DNA of 64,000 nt from Squalus acanthias (Eukaryota): the NCBI GenBank assembly GCA_030390025.1, contig CM059425.1, forward strand, positions 168,828,001-168,892,000. The letters run 5' to 3'. The translations under genes and the position numbers were made by a program. Positions 51,768-64,000 of this stretch are shown one piece after another. Below the pieces are notes generated by a model. It saw only the letters and a program-made list of their open reading frames with translations. It did not search any database and was not told the origin of the DNA. Positions within the stretch are counted from its first letter, which is position 1. Every line of letters begins with the position of its first letter.

Positions 51768-52585
51768 GGGGGGAATTTTGCCAGCCCTGGGGAGGCGGGT
51801 TTGGAGGTGGGACTGCTGGGAAAATGACAGAATCTGGGGGCGGGTACCCATCCCACCTCAGTGCCATCTTCCCAGGAGGCAAGTACCCAACCTGCGCTGG
51901 GAGTCGCCTCCCCAAGGCGGGAAGGAGATTAGTGCCAATTAACTGCCCGTTAACAGGCAGTTTTTTGGCTAATCCCTATTTTCAGCCCTGAAGTGTGGGC
52001 TTCCTGACGGCTCCGAACCTCGCCAGGGTCAGCGAGGCGAGCTGTGGGTCTGCGGGGGTCGGAGGGGCCGAGATGTCCGTTGTGCAGGCGAGTGATGGGT
52101 GCATGTGTGCAGAGGTAAGTGTGTGAGGTGTGTTTAAAATGTTTTAATTTTTACTTACCTTTACTTCTTCCTGCAGGCTTCCTCCCTTCAGGTCTCGGAG
52201 TCCCTCAGCTCACCGGCACAGAAAGCAGAATGGCCGCTGAACTGTCAAAAGCTGCAGCCTTCTGCTTTCTGCTCAGGAGAGCTCTCTAGCTCAGCCTGAG
52301 TGACAGGACTGAACTTCGAGGACAGATTGTCAGTGTTTGACAGCTTCACAGGGCCGTCAAATACTGACATTTCATCTGTCAAAAGCTCTTGACAGATGAA
52401 CCGTCACTCGCTGACGTCACCTGTAACTGGCTTTCCCTTAATTGGCCTGCTAAGCCCGTTGGGCGGGCTTAACAAGGTCAATCAAGGGAAAATAGCGTGG
52501 GTTGGCCACAAGTCGATGGAGGCGGGACTAAAACCCGACGTGGGAGTCCCGTCTCCAAAAGCTCCCCATTGAGAAAATCCAGCCC
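51768..52585. mobile_element. GC-rich MITE, probably PIF/Harbinger-type
   Basis: Imperfect TIRs ggggggaatttt / aaaatccagccc, flanked by ttt. Confidence 0.55.
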
Positions 52586-52862
52586 TTTGTCTAGAAAACC
52601 TTACTTCTGGTTGTCATATTTTTGTTGCACTTTTGTGTCACTTTTACCATTATAAATTCATGTGTCCAGATTTACAATGGAAACTACTTCTGTAAGCTCC
52701 TTAGTCTGTAATTATACAACCTGGTTACTGGGTGGCACTCTATTATCCTTTCCCCACAAATTATTCAAAATACTTTCCAAAAATGTTTCCTTTTTTTGTC
52801 ATTAACTAAAATTTCTAATGTCAAAATAAGGGTTTAACTTTTTTTTCCACATAAGCAATGTA

Positions 52863-53290
52863 ACACGGTGGCATAGTGGTTAGCACTGGTGCCTCACAGC
52901 GCCAGGGACCCGGGTTCGAATCTGACCTCGGGTGACTGTCTGTGTGGAGTTTGCACATTCTCCCCGTGTCTGCGTGGGTTTCCTCCGGGTGCTCCGGTTT
53001 CCTCCCACAGTCCAAAAATGTGCGGGTTAGGTTGATTTGGCTATGATAAATTGACCCTTAGTGTTAGGGGGGATTAAATATGTGGGGTTATGGGGATAGG
53101 ATGGGATATGTTAGGGGGAATTAAATACGTGGGGTTACGGGGGTAGGGTGGGATATGTGTACTGTGGGGATTAAAGCAGGGACAGGGTACTGGATTTGGA
53201 TGATCAGCCATGATCGTATTGAATGGTGGAGCAGGCTCGACGGGCCGAATGGCCTACTCCTGCTCCTAGATTCTATGTTTCTATGTTTAT
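52863..53290 (+). mobile_element. tRNA-derived V-SINE (HE1-like) with CR1-type tail
   Basis: A box tggcatagtgg, B box ggttcgaatc, V-domain gtgtggagtttgcacattctccccgtgtctgcgtgggtttcctccggg, tail ggccgaatggcctactcctg. Confidence 0.85.
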
Positions 53291-53849
53291 TAGTGTCTTC
53301 ATTAAAGCTTCTACATGAAGGCATCAGCCTCTCCTAAAAGCCTGGGCTTGGGCTTGATATTTTTGCTCAGAGTTGTGATAATGAGCTGGATTTAGATTGT
53401 GCAGTCTGAGCATGTGTGGTGTACCGAATTTCCCACGATGTGTTAGTACCCTTCAGTTAGCTGTATTGATAGAAGTTTTTTCTTTAGCTTCTAGCAGTTT
53501 CTGCTTATTTATTTTTCAAAATTATTTGAAAAGCTAGAGAACAAATTTCAAAAGTTTTATTCTTGTAAGGTTTGTGTTTTTTTAAACAGAGGCTGTGCAT
53601 GTGTGAGAACAAATGCCAGTGTACTGATTATACTCCTGTTGTAGCTTTTGAGTTAAATACAGTCCTCAAAGCCGGTTAAGCAGAGAGTGTGTGTCTTTCA
53701 TCATTGTGCTGTTAGATAAATTTAAGGGGAAAAAATTTGAATTTTGAAAAATATAACTTCTATCTTCTGATCTGTCAATAAGAACTTTCGTTTATATAGT
53801 GCCTTTAATATAGAAAAACCATCATGGGGTGCTTCACAGAGGTATAGGG

Positions 53850-54182
53850 AAAACTAGACGCCAAGCCAAAGCAGGAAAGATTAAGAATGGTGACTAAAAG
53901 TTTGGTTGAAAAGGTGAGTTTTAAAGAAGGAGAGGAAGGTGGTGAGGCCAGAGGGATTGAGTGGGGTGGTTTCCAGAGCCCGGAGACTTGCTGGCTGAAA
54001 GCGCAGTTGGCAAACGTGAGGTGAAGGAGGAGGTGCAGCAGAGGCTGAAGAAAGGGGAATGGAGAGTTCAGTTGGAGTTGTTTGCAGGGCTGGAAAAGAT
54101 TACAGAGACCTGGAGGGGAGGTCATGGATGGATTTAAACACAAGGATGAGAATTGAAATTTGATGCATTGGGGGACAAGAAG
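53850..54182 (-). mobile_element. L2 fragment, resuming at 56423-56680 after the TIR element
   Basis: Similar to 4340-4700; the joined site ggacaagaagccaatgtaggtcag matches 4439-4462. Confidence 0.75.
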
Positions 54183-55364
54183 CAGTAATCCCAACTCTCG
54201 CAAATTAATAGCGTGACACGCGATTTTTCATGAAACTTTAACCCAACTCGCGATCTCGTAATTTAACAGCAAAATCTCGTGATTTTTTTCCTTGGGGAGT
54301 GGCGCAATGACACTGGGCGGGAGTTGAACGGCACGGCAATACTCTGATTGGTTAAGGCAGCTGTTGGTCACAAACCGGCCGCTCCGTTTGGCCGCAATGC
54401 CTCCTCAGAGGGCGGCATGCTGAAAGGTGAGCAGATCCTTGGGGCCGGCGAACGCTTGCACACAGCTTTCAAATCATCACAAATGGTGAATATTTACATG
54501 CATTTTCTAAACACTCACCTACTTATGGGCTGGTTTAATGTGCGTCAATGGGAAGCGTCTCGGTAACAACATCATCATTTCGGCTTCTGCTGTGAGAGAC
54601 GCACGTGGCGCAGACTGGAGCTGAGGGCCTGTGCACTTTCTTTTTGAGACGGTGCGGTTGTAGATGATGGAACGGGTGATGGAGCAGCTGAATGTGCAGC
54701 TGAATCGACTGACCCGCTCCCTGAGACGGGCTCAAACTGTGGAGCTACCTGAAGGTGAGCTGGGAGGGCAAGGCCTGTTGACACTCTGCCCAGCCCGAAC
54801 TGTCTCCTGCTGCTTAACAATTCTACTGTAGACAACAGCAATATACCACATCAAGGGGTGTTGGGTAGTATTTAAGTGGATTGACAGAAACCTAGAAATG
54901 TGCAGGACTGAAAAGGTATTCCAGTTCATCTGGTTGACTTCAGAGTTCAAACGCAATATACAGTTCACCACTTGCATCCTTTGTTTTTTTTTCCCTCACC
55001 AAAAGCCTGTCTGACCCTTATAAAAGAGTCTCCAGGAAGCCAGAGTCGGCCGTCAATACCAGGTCAAATCTATAAAACTCTCATTTTGATGAACAGCAAT
55101 ATTATGTAAATGCCAATCATTTCAGGCACATCCAAAGCTTTTCACAGTGTCACACATAGAACTGTTAAATGAATGCAGTATATTTGGCAAGTACAAAACA
55201 AAGTGTTCAGTTGCTCTTGCATTATCAATAGTTGGAAATAGAAGCAGGGAATGCAACAAAAAAAATTGCAGAGGTATTCTGTCTTAAAAAAAAAAAAAAA
55301 AAATTTGTCAGCATTCTACAAAAATTGTGCAGTGGTTATTTAATATACAGATCATTATTTTTAA

Positions 55365-55760
55365 GTCCCACTCCAGGGTCTTGCACACATAAAGCTAGGC
55401 TGACACGCCAGTGCAGTACTGAGGGAATGCTGCACTGTTGGAGGTGCCGTCTTTCGGATGAGACGTTAAACCGAGGCCCCGTCTGCTCTCTCAAGTGGAC
55501 ATAAAAGATCCCATGGCACTATTTCAAAGAAGAGTAGGGGAGCCAACATTTCTCCCTCAACCAACATAACAAAGACATTATCTGGCTATTATCACATTGT
55601 TGTTTGTGGGAGTTTGCTGAGCGCAAATTGTCTGCCGCGTTTCCCACATTACAACAGTGATTCCACTTCAAAAGTACTTCATTGGCTGTAAAGCGCTTTG
55701 AGACGTCTGGTGGTTGTGAAAGGCACTATGTAAATGTAAGTTTTTAAGTCTTTTTCTTTA
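55365..55760 (+). mobile_element. Deu-domain SINE (SacSINE1/AmnSINE1-like)
   Basis: gtgcagtactgaggga..ggaggtgccgtctttcggatgagacgttaaaccgaggcccc..aaagatcccatggcactatttc. Confidence 0.8.
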
Positions 55761-55804
55761 TAGTTTATTATTCAGTCACTTCTTTTCCATTATAAGATTT
55801 AAAA

Positions 55805-56244
<440 letters not shown>

Positions 56245-56949
56245 CAGCAATTGGTTAGTGACGGCCGAATGTGCTTTCCTGTCTGGGAGCAAAGGTCGCG
56301 GATTGCGCTTCCTGTTCGTGAGCAAAGGTCAGCGAGGGGTCGGGTCAGGGGGAAAAAATAGCAACTCATGATTTTTAAGAGTTTGTCTCTTGATTTATGA
56401 AGTGGTGGGGTTGGCAATACTGCAGAAGCCAATGTAGGTCAGTGAGGACAGGGGTGATGGGTGAGCAGGACTTGGTGTTGGATAGAAACGAAGAATTTTA
56501 GATGAGCTAAAGTTTATGGATAGCAAGAGGATGGGAGGCTGGCCAGGAGAGCTTTGGAATGTTTAGGTCTGAATGTAACAAGGATATGAATGAGAGTTTC
56601 AATGGCTTTTGAGCTGAGGTAGGAGTGGAAGCAGACAATGTTGTGGAGGTGGCAGTGGGCAATTTTTGAAAAACAGATTGTGTGTGTGCGTAAGTGACAG
56701 ATATACAAATAGAACACACAGGTAGGGTGTTTGTCTTCATTATTATTTGGTTTTATTTTTTAAAAAGCAAGTGGAATATTGAAAGCAAATAAGACCTCTG
56801 TGGTAGGAAGGATAGGGGAGTGGAGAAAGGAAATATTGATTGTGAGGGAGCCTCTCGGAGGATTAAAGGTAAAATGAGTGACTGGGGGCGGTGGGGATAT
56901 GGATTAAATGAGTAGTTTAAGGGGATAGAGGTGGGATAGTAATGGGAGA

Positions 56950-57180
56950 GGTAGGAACGGGACTTGGTGCGAGTTAGGATACGGGCAGCAAAGTTTTCGA
57001 TGAGCTTAAGTTTATGTAGGTTGGAAGATGGGAGGCTGGCCACGAGAGCATTGGAATAGCTAGAGGTAACAAAGGCATGGATTAAAGTTTCAGCAGCTGA
57101 TGAGCTGAGCCAGGGGTGGAGTCGGGCAATGTTACGGAGGTGGAAGTAGGCGTCTTAGTGATGGAGCGGATATGTGGTTA
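56950..57180 (-). mobile_element. L2 fragment
   Basis: LASLPSSNLHKLKLIENFAARILTRTKSRS. Confidence 0.8.
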
Positions 57181-57220
57181 AAATATCATACATAGAAGAT
57201 ACTATGTTTTTCTGTTTCAG

Positions 57221-57322
57221 ATTGGCAGTAGAAGCAGTGTCTATTCCCCCGAAAGCAGTGTCCGAAAAACTGGTTCTTATATATATGAGCAGTTTATGCC
57301 AACAGATGGTACAGATGTAAAG
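57221..57322 (+). CDS. PPIP5K2: PPIP5K2 coding exon 6
   Basis: cag|[34 protein letters not shown]|gtacag. Confidence 0.97.
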
Positions 57323-57666
57323 GTACAGAGATTCAAAAATTATTTATTTTCAAAACAGTAAAGTACTGAGCCATTTAATTTGCAAAGACATTATACAGTT
57401 GTTCATATAACAATTCCAGTGCTCTGGCAAGATTTCCTTTGCCTTTAAAGAAAAATAATTCATTTGTATTTCTCCAAGCACTGTAAAATAATTTAAGTTC
57501 CATGGCAACTAGCTGCTGCCTTTTTATCTCTGACTACCTTACTTGATGGAAATAAACTGCACTTAAAAGTCGATCTGTTTTGCCTTTCACAATGAGACTT
57601 TCCTACTGGGATATTGTCTGAGGTACCATCTCGAACAGCATTCTTATGTATGATTTTTGCTTAAAG

Positions 57667-57828
57667 GTTTACACAGTTGGTCCAGATTATGCACACGCAG
57701 AGGCTCGCAAATCTCCTGCTCTTGATGGTAAGGTTGAGCGAGACAGTGAAGGAAAGGAAGTTCGCTATCCTGTCATTCTAAATGCTAGAGAGAAGTTAAT
57801 TGCTTGGAAAGTTTGCCTTGCTTTTAAG
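57667..57828 (+). CDS. PPIP5K2: PPIP5K2 coding exon 7
   Basis: aag|[54 protein letters not shown]|gtaggt; the [12 protein letters not shown] segment fits PPIP5K2 rather than PPIP5K1. Confidence 0.97.
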
Positions 57829-58646
57829 GTAGGTGGTAGAATAAAACACCTGCTTACGGTTAGTTTAATGTAATTGAAGTGAAGAATTTTGTTTGGCTAT
57901 GATGGAAATAATGAAATGTCTTCTGGTGAGATTACATATTGTGGAGAAAATGACCACAGTTCAAAAGTTAAAGGACATTTGTATTTTTTGTAAGTATTGT
58001 AAAATTCTTCACATACCTTAAGTGCAAAAGTTGGATACTTCGAACTGATCCTTGAAATTATGAACAGGTTATGTAGCATTTCTGAAAAGTCATGACATTC
58101 AAATTTAATTAAACCCTTCCCAGTTGCACCTTGTGCATTGTAAGTTAAATTTAATTACTCAGTAAGTATTGTATAATGCTGAAGTAGCCTGAAAATACAT
58201 TGTAATAGTGGACATTGCTTTATTTTTAATACATTTCAGCTTGTTTAGTTGATTTTTTAAAATTCAATTTAATGCTGATATAATTTTCTTTGGTTTAATT
58301 TTATCAAAATTATTTTAAGTCTGAAAATTGCAGACTACTGAACTCAGTTGTGGGAAAAAAATACTTTTGTGCCCAGTTTGAGGTTAGATGATAATTGGAA
58401 CTTTAAAAAAAATCTGAAGTCTTCCTAAATCCAATGTGAAATGTGATGTCAATAATATAAGACATAGATGATTTGACTTGCAATTTGCTGGTATTGAATT
58501 ATTAAACAGCTGTTCAAATTGAGCTACAGTATCATGCAACGTTGTGACACTCTTGTGATTTAAATAATTTTTAAAAGCTTTCCCTGGCATATATATTTAT
58601 TTCTGAATTTATATTAATTTTCCTCTACCTATCTTGTTTTTGACAG

Positions 58647-58768
58647 CAAACTGTTTGTGGCTTTGACCTGTTGCGAGCTAATGGCCAATCCTATGTCTGC
58701 GATGTTAATGGTTTCAGCTTTGTGAAGAATTCCATGAAGTATTATGATGATTGTGCAAAGATTTTGGG
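58647..58768 (+). CDS. PPIP5K2: PPIP5K2 coding exon 8 (gene continues beyond the window)
   Basis: cag|[41 protein letters not shown]|gtaaga. Confidence 0.97.
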
Positions 58769-58944
58769 GTAAGATCTTTGTTCGTTATTTTTCTATTATT
58801 GTAATTTTTTCATAGAATAATGTTGAAGACTATTAAACAACTTTTAAGAATAAGATTTATTCGCTTGGTACAAAAGCTTAGCACAATTAATTTGGTATTC
58901 AGAAAAATCTGGGTACAGTTCTTGTACACTAATACGCTACATAT

Positions 58945-59146
58945 CATAGAATCAGAGAAATTTATGGCACAGAAGGAGGCCATTCGCCCCATCGTGTCTG
59001 CCGGCCGAAAAAGAGCTTTCCAGCTCTTGGTCCGTAGCCCTGCAGGTTAAGGCACTTCAAGTGCATATCCAAGTACTTTTTAAATGTGATGAGCGTTTCT
59101 GCCTCTACCACCCTTTCAGGCAGTGAGTTCCAGACCCCCACCACCT
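58945..59146 (-). mobile_element. CR1 3' tail
   Basis: Reverse complement resembles 13025-13240. Confidence 0.85.
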
Positions 59147-59322
59147 TATATATGATGCACACAGAAAAGTGAAATAATTTTACACATAATATCCTGAGGA
59201 TTGCCGATTCATCACAAGACCTGTGGCTCTGTATCCATCTGCTTCACACACTTATTGGTTTTGGTCCAGTAATGATATGTGGCATCACATATTAGTTCTC
59301 CAATGTGTGACTGGTGAGCAAC

Positions 59323-59975
59323 TAGGAAAGCAAATGGTATGTTGGCCTTTATTTCAAGATGATTGAGTATAAGAGTAAAGACGTCTTACTGCAATTATAT
59401 AGGGCCCTGGTGAGACCACACCTGGAGTATTGTGTACAGTTTTGGTCTCCTTACCTAAGGAAGGAAATACTTGCCACAGAGGGTGTGCAACGAAGGTTCA
59501 CCAGACTGGTTGCTGGGATGGGGGAATTGTCCTATGAGGAGAGATTGAGTAGACTAGGCCTATATTCTCTAGAATTTAGAAGAATGAGAGGTGATCTCAT
59601 TGAAACAGACAAAATTCTTACAGGGCTTGACAGGGTAGATGCAGGGAGGATGTTTCCCCTGGCTGGGGAGTCTAGAACCAGGGGTCACAGTCTCAGAATA
59701 AGGGGTCGACCGTTTAGGACTGCGATGAGGAGAAATTTCTTCACTCGGAGCGTGGTGAATCTTTGGAAATCTCTACCTCAGAGGGCTGTGGAGGCTCAGT
59801 CGTTGAGTATCTTCAAGACAGAGATCGATAGATTTTTGAATATTAAGGGAATCAAGGAATATAGGAATAGTGCAGAAAAGTGGAGATGGGGTAGAAGATC
59901 AGCCATGATCTTATTGAATGGCGGAGCAAGCTCGAAGGTCTAAATGGCCTACTCCTGCTCCTGTTATGTTATGTA
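59323..59975 (+). mobile_element. CR1 LINE 3' fragment
   Basis: ORF 59359-59943, LVRPHLEYCVQFWSP. Confidence 0.92.
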
Positions 59976-60662
59976 AAATCCTTACTCCAGCCATGTGAAG
60001 AAAGTGATTTTGCAGATTTTATTGTATCATTTACTTCATAAGAAATTTAGTTTTCAGATGGAAAAATATGATTTATTGGCCCATGTTTCATTATTTATTT
60101 CATCGTGCGAAACCAGTATCTTTTTCCTGTGAGATGGGTTTTAAATGATTGTGAGCTGGAGTTTTCACGCGCAATTCGTCCAAAATCGGCCAAATCAGCG
60201 CAAAAGATCAAGGTATTTCAAATGCAAGTTACATCCAGTGCAAACCGAGTTTGTGATTTTCTGCGCTGGTTTAAAAAACATCGTGCTGGAAGGTGGCCCC
60301 GCCCTCAAAACTGTCCACGCCTCCAGATATATTTAATCACCTTGGCGAGTTTCCGCTAATTGCGCCATAAATATTTAATTTACTAAGAAACTACTGTGCA
60401 CCACTTAAACTAGTAAGTGGTCTGTATAGTTATTAAGGTTATTTAAAATCGGGTTACTCTCGGGTGATGGACTAGACACTCATTAAAATGCTTAGTTTTT
60501 GTAATAAACTCATTTTCAGCTGTATTAATAAAACTGCACTAGGTTACTACTCTTAAATATATCAAGGAATATTTTTTAATGCAAGGGGAAAAAAAATAAA
60601 CAATTGCGTTCTAAAATGCTGCTTGATGGTGCTGGTTCATGGAAGATTTTACGTTTGTGTTT

Positions 60663-61510
60663 ATAGAATCATAGAATCTTACAGCACCGAAGGAGGCCAT
60701 TTGGTCCAGCTGGCTCTTTGAAAGAGCTGTCCAACTTAGTCCCACGCCCTAGCTTTTTCCCCATAACCCTGCAAATTAGTCCTCTTCAAGTACATGTTCA
60801 ATTGCCTTTTAAAAGTTATGGAATCTGATTCCACCATCCTTTCAGGTAGTGCATTCCAGATCTTATCAACCCTCTGTGTGAAAAAATTTCTCCTCATTTT
60901 CCCTCTAGTTCACTTGCCAGTTATTTTAAACACTGGCCAGAGGAAACAGTTTCTCGCTACTTGCTCTATCAAAACCCCTCATAATTTTGAATACCTCCTA
61001 TTAGGTCTCCCCTTAACCTTCTCTGCTCCAAGGAGAACAATTCCAGCTTCTACAATCTTTCCACATAACTGAATTCCCTCATCCTGGTAAACCTCCTCTG
61101 TAACTTCTCCAGGGCCTTGAGATCTTTCCTAAAGATTGGTGCCCAGAGTACTCCAGCTTGAGGCCTAACCAGAGATTTGTAAAGGTTTAGCATGACTTCC
61201 TTGTTTTTGTATTCAATATCCCAATTACAAAGACAAGTATCCCATACGCTTTCTTAACAACTTGCCCTGCCACCTTCAAATATTTGTGATTATGCAACCC
61301 CAGGTCCCTCTGTTCTTGCACCCTCCTCAAAATAATATAATTTAGATTATACTGCCTCGCCATGTTGTTTCTCCCAAAGTGCACCACTTCACACTTATCC
61401 ACTTTAAATTGCATCTGCCATGTGTCTGCCCATTTCACCAGTCTGCCTATGTCCTCCTAAAGTCTGCTACTATCATACTCACTATTTACTGCGTTGCCAA
61501 GTTTTGTATC
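60663..61510 (-). mobile_element. Old CR1 LINE 3' fragment
   Basis: WADTWQMQFKVDKCEVVHFG; tagaatca tail. Confidence 0.85.
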
Positions 61511-61512
61511 TT

Positions 61513-61642
61513 GGGCAACACGGTGGCATAGTGGTTAGCACTGTTGCCTCACAGCGCAGGGACCCGGGTTCAAATCCGGCCTCGGGTGACTGTCTGTGTG
61601 GAGTTTGCACATTCTCCCCGTGTCTGCGTGGGTTTCCTCCGG
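61513..61642 (+). mobile_element. V-SINE (HE1-like) 5' portion
   Basis: gggcaacacggtggcatagtggttagc...ggttcaaatcc...V-domain start. Confidence 0.85.
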
Positions 61643-61823
61643 CCGCTTAGTGGCGTCTCCATTATAATTAGCGTGCATACATGGAAATTTAAAGGGACCG
61701 CGCGCTAAAAGAAACCGGTCACGCACTAGCGCAGAACAAAGCGCAGCTTATAGGGAACAATGATTTGAAACCATCCCATCTCTACAATCTTCTCAAGTCC
61801 CATATCCTCTCCACCCTTTTGTG

Positions 61824-62015
61824 CATCACTAAAACAGATTATTTGGTCATTATCACATTGCTGTTTGTGGGAGCTTGCTGTGCGCAAATTGGTTGCCGCG
61901 TTTCCTATATTACAACAATGACTACACTTCAAAAAGTACTTCAATGGCTGTAAAGCACTTTGGGACATCCGGTGATCATAAAAGGCGCTATATAATTGCA
62001 AGTTTTTCTTTCTTA
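61824..62015 (+). mobile_element. Deu-domain SINE 3' portion
   Basis: Matches 55560-55760. Confidence 0.8.
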
Positions 62016-62626
62016 TTGTTGGAGGCACAGCCTTCAACCGCCTGGGTCCTCTTTGCCTCTCCCTCCTCCTTTAAAATTTTTTCCCATCTCTTCAACAATC
62101 TTTTGGTCACCCTCCTACTCTCCCTCTCGCTTGGCATGCATTACCTTACGCTTATCTCTGAAGTAGCTTTTCCTGCTTTTTGTTTTTAATTTGGTGACGC
62201 GAATTGTGTATGTGTTTTTCTGCACTTGTGAATAAGTGCTGCATTCCTGACATGTTACATGGGTGGTCTGCTGGTTCAAGAAGACAATGTTTATTAATGC
62301 AAGTGATTGAAGTTGAAAATACAGATATCCGTTTTTGTTCAATTCTTTTTAAAACTGTGAACTAAAGAACTACAGCACTTTATATTTGTTGTTTGTCTGG
62401 TTGATTTGTGATTAATATTCTAATTACTTATGTGGACGTACAGCACATCAGCGCCATAGGAAAGCCGCTGCTCCTGCTGCTTGTGCAGCCATTGCTCCAG
62501 TGACATGAGGGTTGGGCAAATACATTGAAAACTTTAAAATTAATACAAATTGCATGAATAGCATCTTTCAGCTGACCTTGGGCTTTTGTATTGTTTTGTA
62601 TTGTTTGTCCATGCATAACCATGCAT

Positions 62627-64000
62627 TAGAGGGCGGCACTGTGGCATAGAGGGCGGCACTGTGGCATAGAGGGCGGCACTGTGGCATAGAGGGCGGCACT
62701 GTGGCATAGAGGGCGGCACTGTGGCATAGAGGGCGGCACTGTGGCATAGAGGGCGGCACTGTGGCATAGAGGGCGGCACTGTGGCATAGAGGGCGGCACT
62801 GTGGCATAGAGGGCGGCACTGTGGCATAGAGGGCGGCACTGTGGCATAGAGGGCGGCACTGTGGCATAGAGGGCGGCACTGTGGCATAGAGGGCGGCACT
62901 GTGGCATAGAGGGCGGCACTGTGGCATAGAGGGCGGCACTGTGGCATAGAGGGCGGCACTGTGGCATAGAGGGCGGCACTGTGGCATAGAGGGCGGCACT
63001 GTGGCATAGAGGGCGGCACTGTGGCATAGAGGGCGGCACTGTGGCATAGAGGGCGGCACTGTGGCATAGAGGGCGGCACTGTGGCATAGAGGGCGGCACT
63101 GTGGCATAGAGGGCGGCACTGTGGCATAGAGGGCGGCACTGTGGCATAGAGGGCGGCACTGTGGCATAGAGGGCGGCACTGTGGCATAGAGGGCGGCACT
63201 GTGGCATAGAGGGCGGCACTGTGGCATAGAGGGCGGCACTGTGGCATAGAGGGCGGCACTGTGGCATAGAGGGCGGCACTGTGGCATAGAGGGCGGCACT
63301 GTGGCATAGAGGGCGGCACTGTGGCATAGAGGGCGGCACTGTGGCATAGAGGGCGGCACTGTGGCATAGAGGGCGGCACTGTGGCATAGAGGGCGGCACT
63401 GTGGCATAGAGGGCGGCACTGTGGCATAGAGGGCGGCACTGTGGCATAGAGGGCGGCACTGTGGCATAGAGGGCGGCACTGTGGCATAGAGGGCGGCACT
63501 GTGGCATAGAGGGCGGCACTGTGGCATAGAGGGCGGCACTGTGGCATAGAGGGCGGCACTGTGGCATAGAGGGCGGCACTGTGGCATAGAGGGCGGCACT
63601 GTGGCATAGAGGGCGGCACTGTGGCATAGAGGGCGGCACTGTGGCATAGAGGGCGGCACTGTGGCATAGAGGGCGGCACTGTGGCATAGAGGGCGGCACT
63701 GTGGCATAGAGGGCGGCACTGTGGCATAGAGGGCGGCACTGTGGCATAGAGGGCGGCACTGTGGCATAGAGGGCGGCACTGTGGCATAGAGGGCGGCACT
63801 GTGGCATAGAGGGCGGCACTGTGGCATAGAGGGCGGCACTGTGGCATAGAGGGCGGCACTGTGGCATAGAGGGCGGCACTGTGGCATAGAGGGCGGCACT
63901 GTGGCATAGAGGGCGGCACTGTGGCATAGAGGGCGGCACTGTGGCATAGAGGGCGGCACTGTGGCATAGAGGGCGGCACTGTGGCATAGAGGGCGGCACT
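62627..64000 (+). repeat. Perfect 20-bp minisatellite (tagagggcggcactgtggca)n, ~68 copies, running off the window
   Basis: Identical units with no visible variant. Confidence 0.99.

Noticed and set aside
52863..52935. tRNA genes (also at 6396 and 61513)
   Set aside because: A/B boxes run into SINE or LINE bodies with no full cloverleaf.
62540..63999. Three 450-480 aa minus-strand ORFs
   Set aside because: Artefacts of a stop-free 20-bp repeat; the same peptide appears in all frames.
62627..64000. CRISPR-like array
   Set aside because: No spacers, head-to-tail identical units, vertebrate context.

Overview
Vertebrate, almost certainly cartilaginous-fish (shark-like), genomic DNA; this is inferred from the repeat families (CR1/HER1-like and L2 LINEs, HE1-like V-SINEs, Deu-domain SINEs, Penelope-like elements). 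The host gene is PPIP5K2 on the + strand: a candidate CpG-island promoter at ~30.9-31.4 kb and eight coding exons (41557-58768, ~343 aa, the N-terminal kinase domain), continuing past the window. Most other sequence is nested transposable elements. Highlights: (1) a ~7.9 kb defective mosaic endogenous retrovirus with a tRNA-Ser PBS, an NGFW-type RT, two unrelated env remnants and an internal PPT/LTR-like scar; (2) two copies of a short-TIR DNA element with 6-bp TSDs, each enclosing a host-gene fragment (an RBM4-like promoter plus RRM start; an STK35-like kinase piece fused to a CR1 tail); (3) a LINE with a tRNA-like 5' head and no room for ORF1; (4) Penelope-derived hammerhead ribozyme motifs, one in a 183-bp palindrome; (5) a Vingi-like LINE end; (6) a decayed unidentified ORF; (7) a perfect 20-bp minisatellite apparently built from a SINE head. 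Family names come from motif recognition, not database searches; TE boundaries are approximate unless a TSD is given.
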